Part shown: positions 62,164 to 64,000 of the stretch, piece after piece
Position numbering within the stretch: the stretch's first letter is position 1
Layout of the letters: every line of letters starts with the position of its first letter
Virus record (IMG/VR): IMGVR_UViG_3300036846_000743
Location: 124,001 to 188,000 of that record
Strand: one strand, 5' to 3'
Length of the DNA stretch: 64,000 nucleotides
Made by a program: the position numbers and the translations under genes
Notes under the pieces: generated by a model
What the model saw: only the letters and a program-made list of their open reading frames with translations
Database searches by the model: none
Told to the model about the DNA's origin: nothing

Positions 62164-62503
62164 CTGATGGATCCTCCTTCTTGCAGCCGGGGCAACCCAG
62201 CCGTTCCCATTCGCGGTGCGTCAAAGCATGCGCCCCGCACAGAGTGCACTGTAGCGGTTGGGGAAGCTGGCCAGAGAGTGGCAAGTTTTCCCACTGGAAT
62301 ACCTTGATCGGTTTCCACTCATGGGCCCTGGGGACACATGGCGGATCATCTCTGCTGGGTATGTCGGCGTACGTACAATAGCCGCACTTCATACAGCGCA
62401 GAACGCCGAGTTTGCCATCATCCATGCGGATGCTGATGGCCCGTGTGAACACATGCTGTTCAGGGAACAACATGCGCATCACGGCCGCGATCAACCTATT
62501 CAC
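62126..62503 (-). CDS. Zinc-finger protein
   Basis: CMKC, CTLC, CPGC. Confidence 0.6.
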   Translation of the reverse strand: MNRLIAAVMRMLFPEQHVFTRAISIRMDDGKLGVLRCMKCGYCTYADIPSRDDPPCVPRAHEWKPIKVFQWENLPLSGQLPQPLQCTLCGAHALTHREWERLGCPGCKKEDPSDAAPELHHFDQC

Positions 62504-62573
62504 ATACCCTCCAGATAGGTACTGGGCGTCCTTGCCCTGGTTCGAGAGATCGAACAGCTATGGTGATTCGCTC

Positions 62574-62813
62574 TTACCTGGACTTGCGCTCTGGACCGTG
62601 GCCCAGCGGGCAAAACCATTTTCCGGCGAATGAACCATCTGGCTCGTAGGCAGGTTCCATACGGTGGCATGGACCTCCCTTATGGTTACAGTAAAACACA
62701 TCGCTTGGATCGGTGTGTTTGGCGATCTCCCAGATCTTGGTTCCATCTGCCAGTTTATTGCCCTTGGCGTCGCAATAACCACGGTCTGGGGAACCAACGA
62801 TGATCAACTTCAT
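62574..62813 (-). CDS. Small Cys/His-rich hypothetical protein
   Basis: True start MKLIIVG after AGGAG; C-terminal part of the track ORF 62574..63023. Confidence 0.6.
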   Translation of the reverse strand: MKLIIVGSPDRGYCDAKGNKLADGTKIWEIAKHTDPSDVFYCNHKGGPCHRMEPAYEPDGSFAGKWFCPLGHGPERKSR

Positions 62814-62856
62814 GAAACCAACTCCTGAAAAACGAAAAAGGGACAGACACCACGAA

Positions 62857-63372
62857 CTAGGACAGCAAGTAACGCACGCCGCCCACGACCAGGGACTCAA
62901 GAGTGCGGTGATCGACCAGCCGCAGGTTATCATCCTGCTCGAGTTCGAGATCGAGGCAGAGGCAGCGGCCGAACTTCTCTTCGTGGCGAATGAGGTAGCC
63001 GCGCAGCACGCGCTGCTGGCCATCCTTCTTGACGAAAGCCACGGTGAACGGCACGCCGAAGCTGGTAGTCAGGATCTCGACCATCTGGCTCTTGCTGATC
63101 CGGACTGTGTCGGCGAAATAGTCGGCCGAGGCCAGGCCGACGATCATGTCGCGGCCGTCGATAGTGAACTCGCCGCCATCGATCAGGTCCTTGACGGTCA
63201 TGGACTCGGCGCCAGCGGTCACGTCCAGGACCTGCACGTAATTGCGAATGCAGAGAATATTGCCCTTCTCGATCTTGTCGGGATCGAGTGGATGCGTAGG
63301 CCGGTCATGGACTGGATCGGGCTTGGGAAGCGGCTCGTCCATGTTGTCGAACTTCTTGGTCGCCTTGGCCAT
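62857..63372 (-). CDS. Hypothetical protein
   Basis: About 170 aa; VAFVKKDGQQRVLRGY and LRLVDHRTL resemble SH3-like phage domains. Confidence 0.75.
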   Translation of the reverse strand: MAKATKKFDNMDEPLPKPDPVHDRPTHPLDPDKIEKGNILCIRNYVQVLDVTAGAESMTVKDLIDGGEFTIDGRDMIVGLASADYFADTVRISKSQMVEILTTSFGVPFTVAFVKKDGQQRVLRGYLIRHEEKFGRCLCLDLELEQDDNLRLVDHRTLESLVVGGVRYLLS

Positions 63373-63926
63373 CAATATCTCCTTCGCGGTTGAAGTAACG
63401 GACTGGACGGCCGGCGCCGGCGAAGCTCCACAGCCATCGCCGCTCGCTTCTCGTCCGGTCCTGGTGCACGCAAGTTTTCATCCCACAACAGCTGCCAGAG
63501 CCTGGAGTATAGCTCGCCGGTCTTATGGGCTTCCATGATCGCACCAAGCCCGGGCGCCGAGATGATATCGGACTGTTGCTGATTCTGCCCACAGTAGAAG
63601 AACGCGCATCCGAAAGGCGCATTCTCGTGGATCTCGCAGCGGCCGTTCTTCAGCCAGTGACAGGCCATGCCGCCCGTGATGTGGGCCGGCACCAACGTGC
63701 CGATCTGGATCACCTGCCGTTCGCCAGTTGCATTGTTGATGCGTAGGATCTTGGCGCCAGGTGAAGCCCGCAAGTGCTCACGGGCCCAGGTCTCCGGATC
63801 GGCCTCGGGCGGAATCATCCGCCCAAGGTCATCCGGGATCAGGTAGCCAGGTATGAACTGACAGTTCAGCACACAGTGCTGGCAGGTACACGCGTTGCGG
63901 TTGAAGCCGAATTCGGTCCGGGGCAT
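63372..63926 (-). CDS. YkgJ-like Cys-cluster (Zn/Fe-S chelating) protein
   Basis: CTCQHCVLNC, CHWLKNGRCEIHENAPFGC. Confidence 0.7.
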   Translation of the reverse strand: MPRTEFGFNRNACTCQHCVLNCQFIPGYLIPDDLGRMIPPEADPETWAREHLRASPGAKILRINNATGERQVIQIGTLVPAHITGGMACHWLKNGRCEIHENAPFGCAFFYCGQNQQQSDIISAPGLGAIMEAHKTGELYSRLWQLLWDENLRAPGPDEKRAAMAVELRRRRPSSPLLQPRRRY

Positions 63927-64000
63927 GGGTCCTCCTGAGAACCTGTGGTCTGGTTCTTGGGGGTAAGCTGCTTGAGCGTCTCACAGAGACACTTGTAGTT

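Noticed and set aside
1-64000. tRNA, tmRNA and IS/transposase genes
   Set aside because: No T-loop GGTTCGA cloverleaf context, terminal inverted repeats or DDE motifs were recognised by eye; tRNAscan/ARAGORN would confirm.

Overview
This 64 kb window is about 63% GC and almost entirely coded on the minus strand; nearly all plus-strand ORFs in the track are antisense shadows. It reads as part of a jumbo phage genome. It holds a phage multisubunit RNA polymerase beta-type gene (truncated at the left edge and missing from the ORF track), a probable portal protein, two HNH endonucleases, about nine glycosyltransferase genes plus a sulfotransferase and a deacetylase, several large glycine-zipper-rich proteins, and about 25 small early-type genes right of a terminator at ~51.7 kb. 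A PEP-CTERM protein and a secreted low-complexity protein suggest a Planctomycetota/PVC-like host (inference). The most striking system is a set of putative virion polyproteins whose modules are separated by a recurring K-x-A (less often K-x-G/S) motif, probably a maturation-protease site. The 2977-aa member joins a 2H phosphoesterase, glycine zippers, a HExxH metallopeptidase, 26-aa helical repeats, a LigD 3'-phosphoesterase, an ATP-dependent DNA ligase, a ParB-like domain, a Zn finger and a SNF2 helicase. A complete HNH gene is overprinted inside it in the +1 frame and is bracketed by K-x-A sites in the host frame, suggesting a selfish gene tolerated by proteolytic excision rather than splicing. 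Other unexplained signals are a shared C-terminal R-[IV]-[IV]-D-[TV] tail on four proteins, a palindromic GTTACGCNGCGTAW element in four intergenic spacers, and a 13-nt perfect anti-SD complement in front of a Met-His-stop minigene. All family assignments come from motif recognition by eye; no database searches were run.
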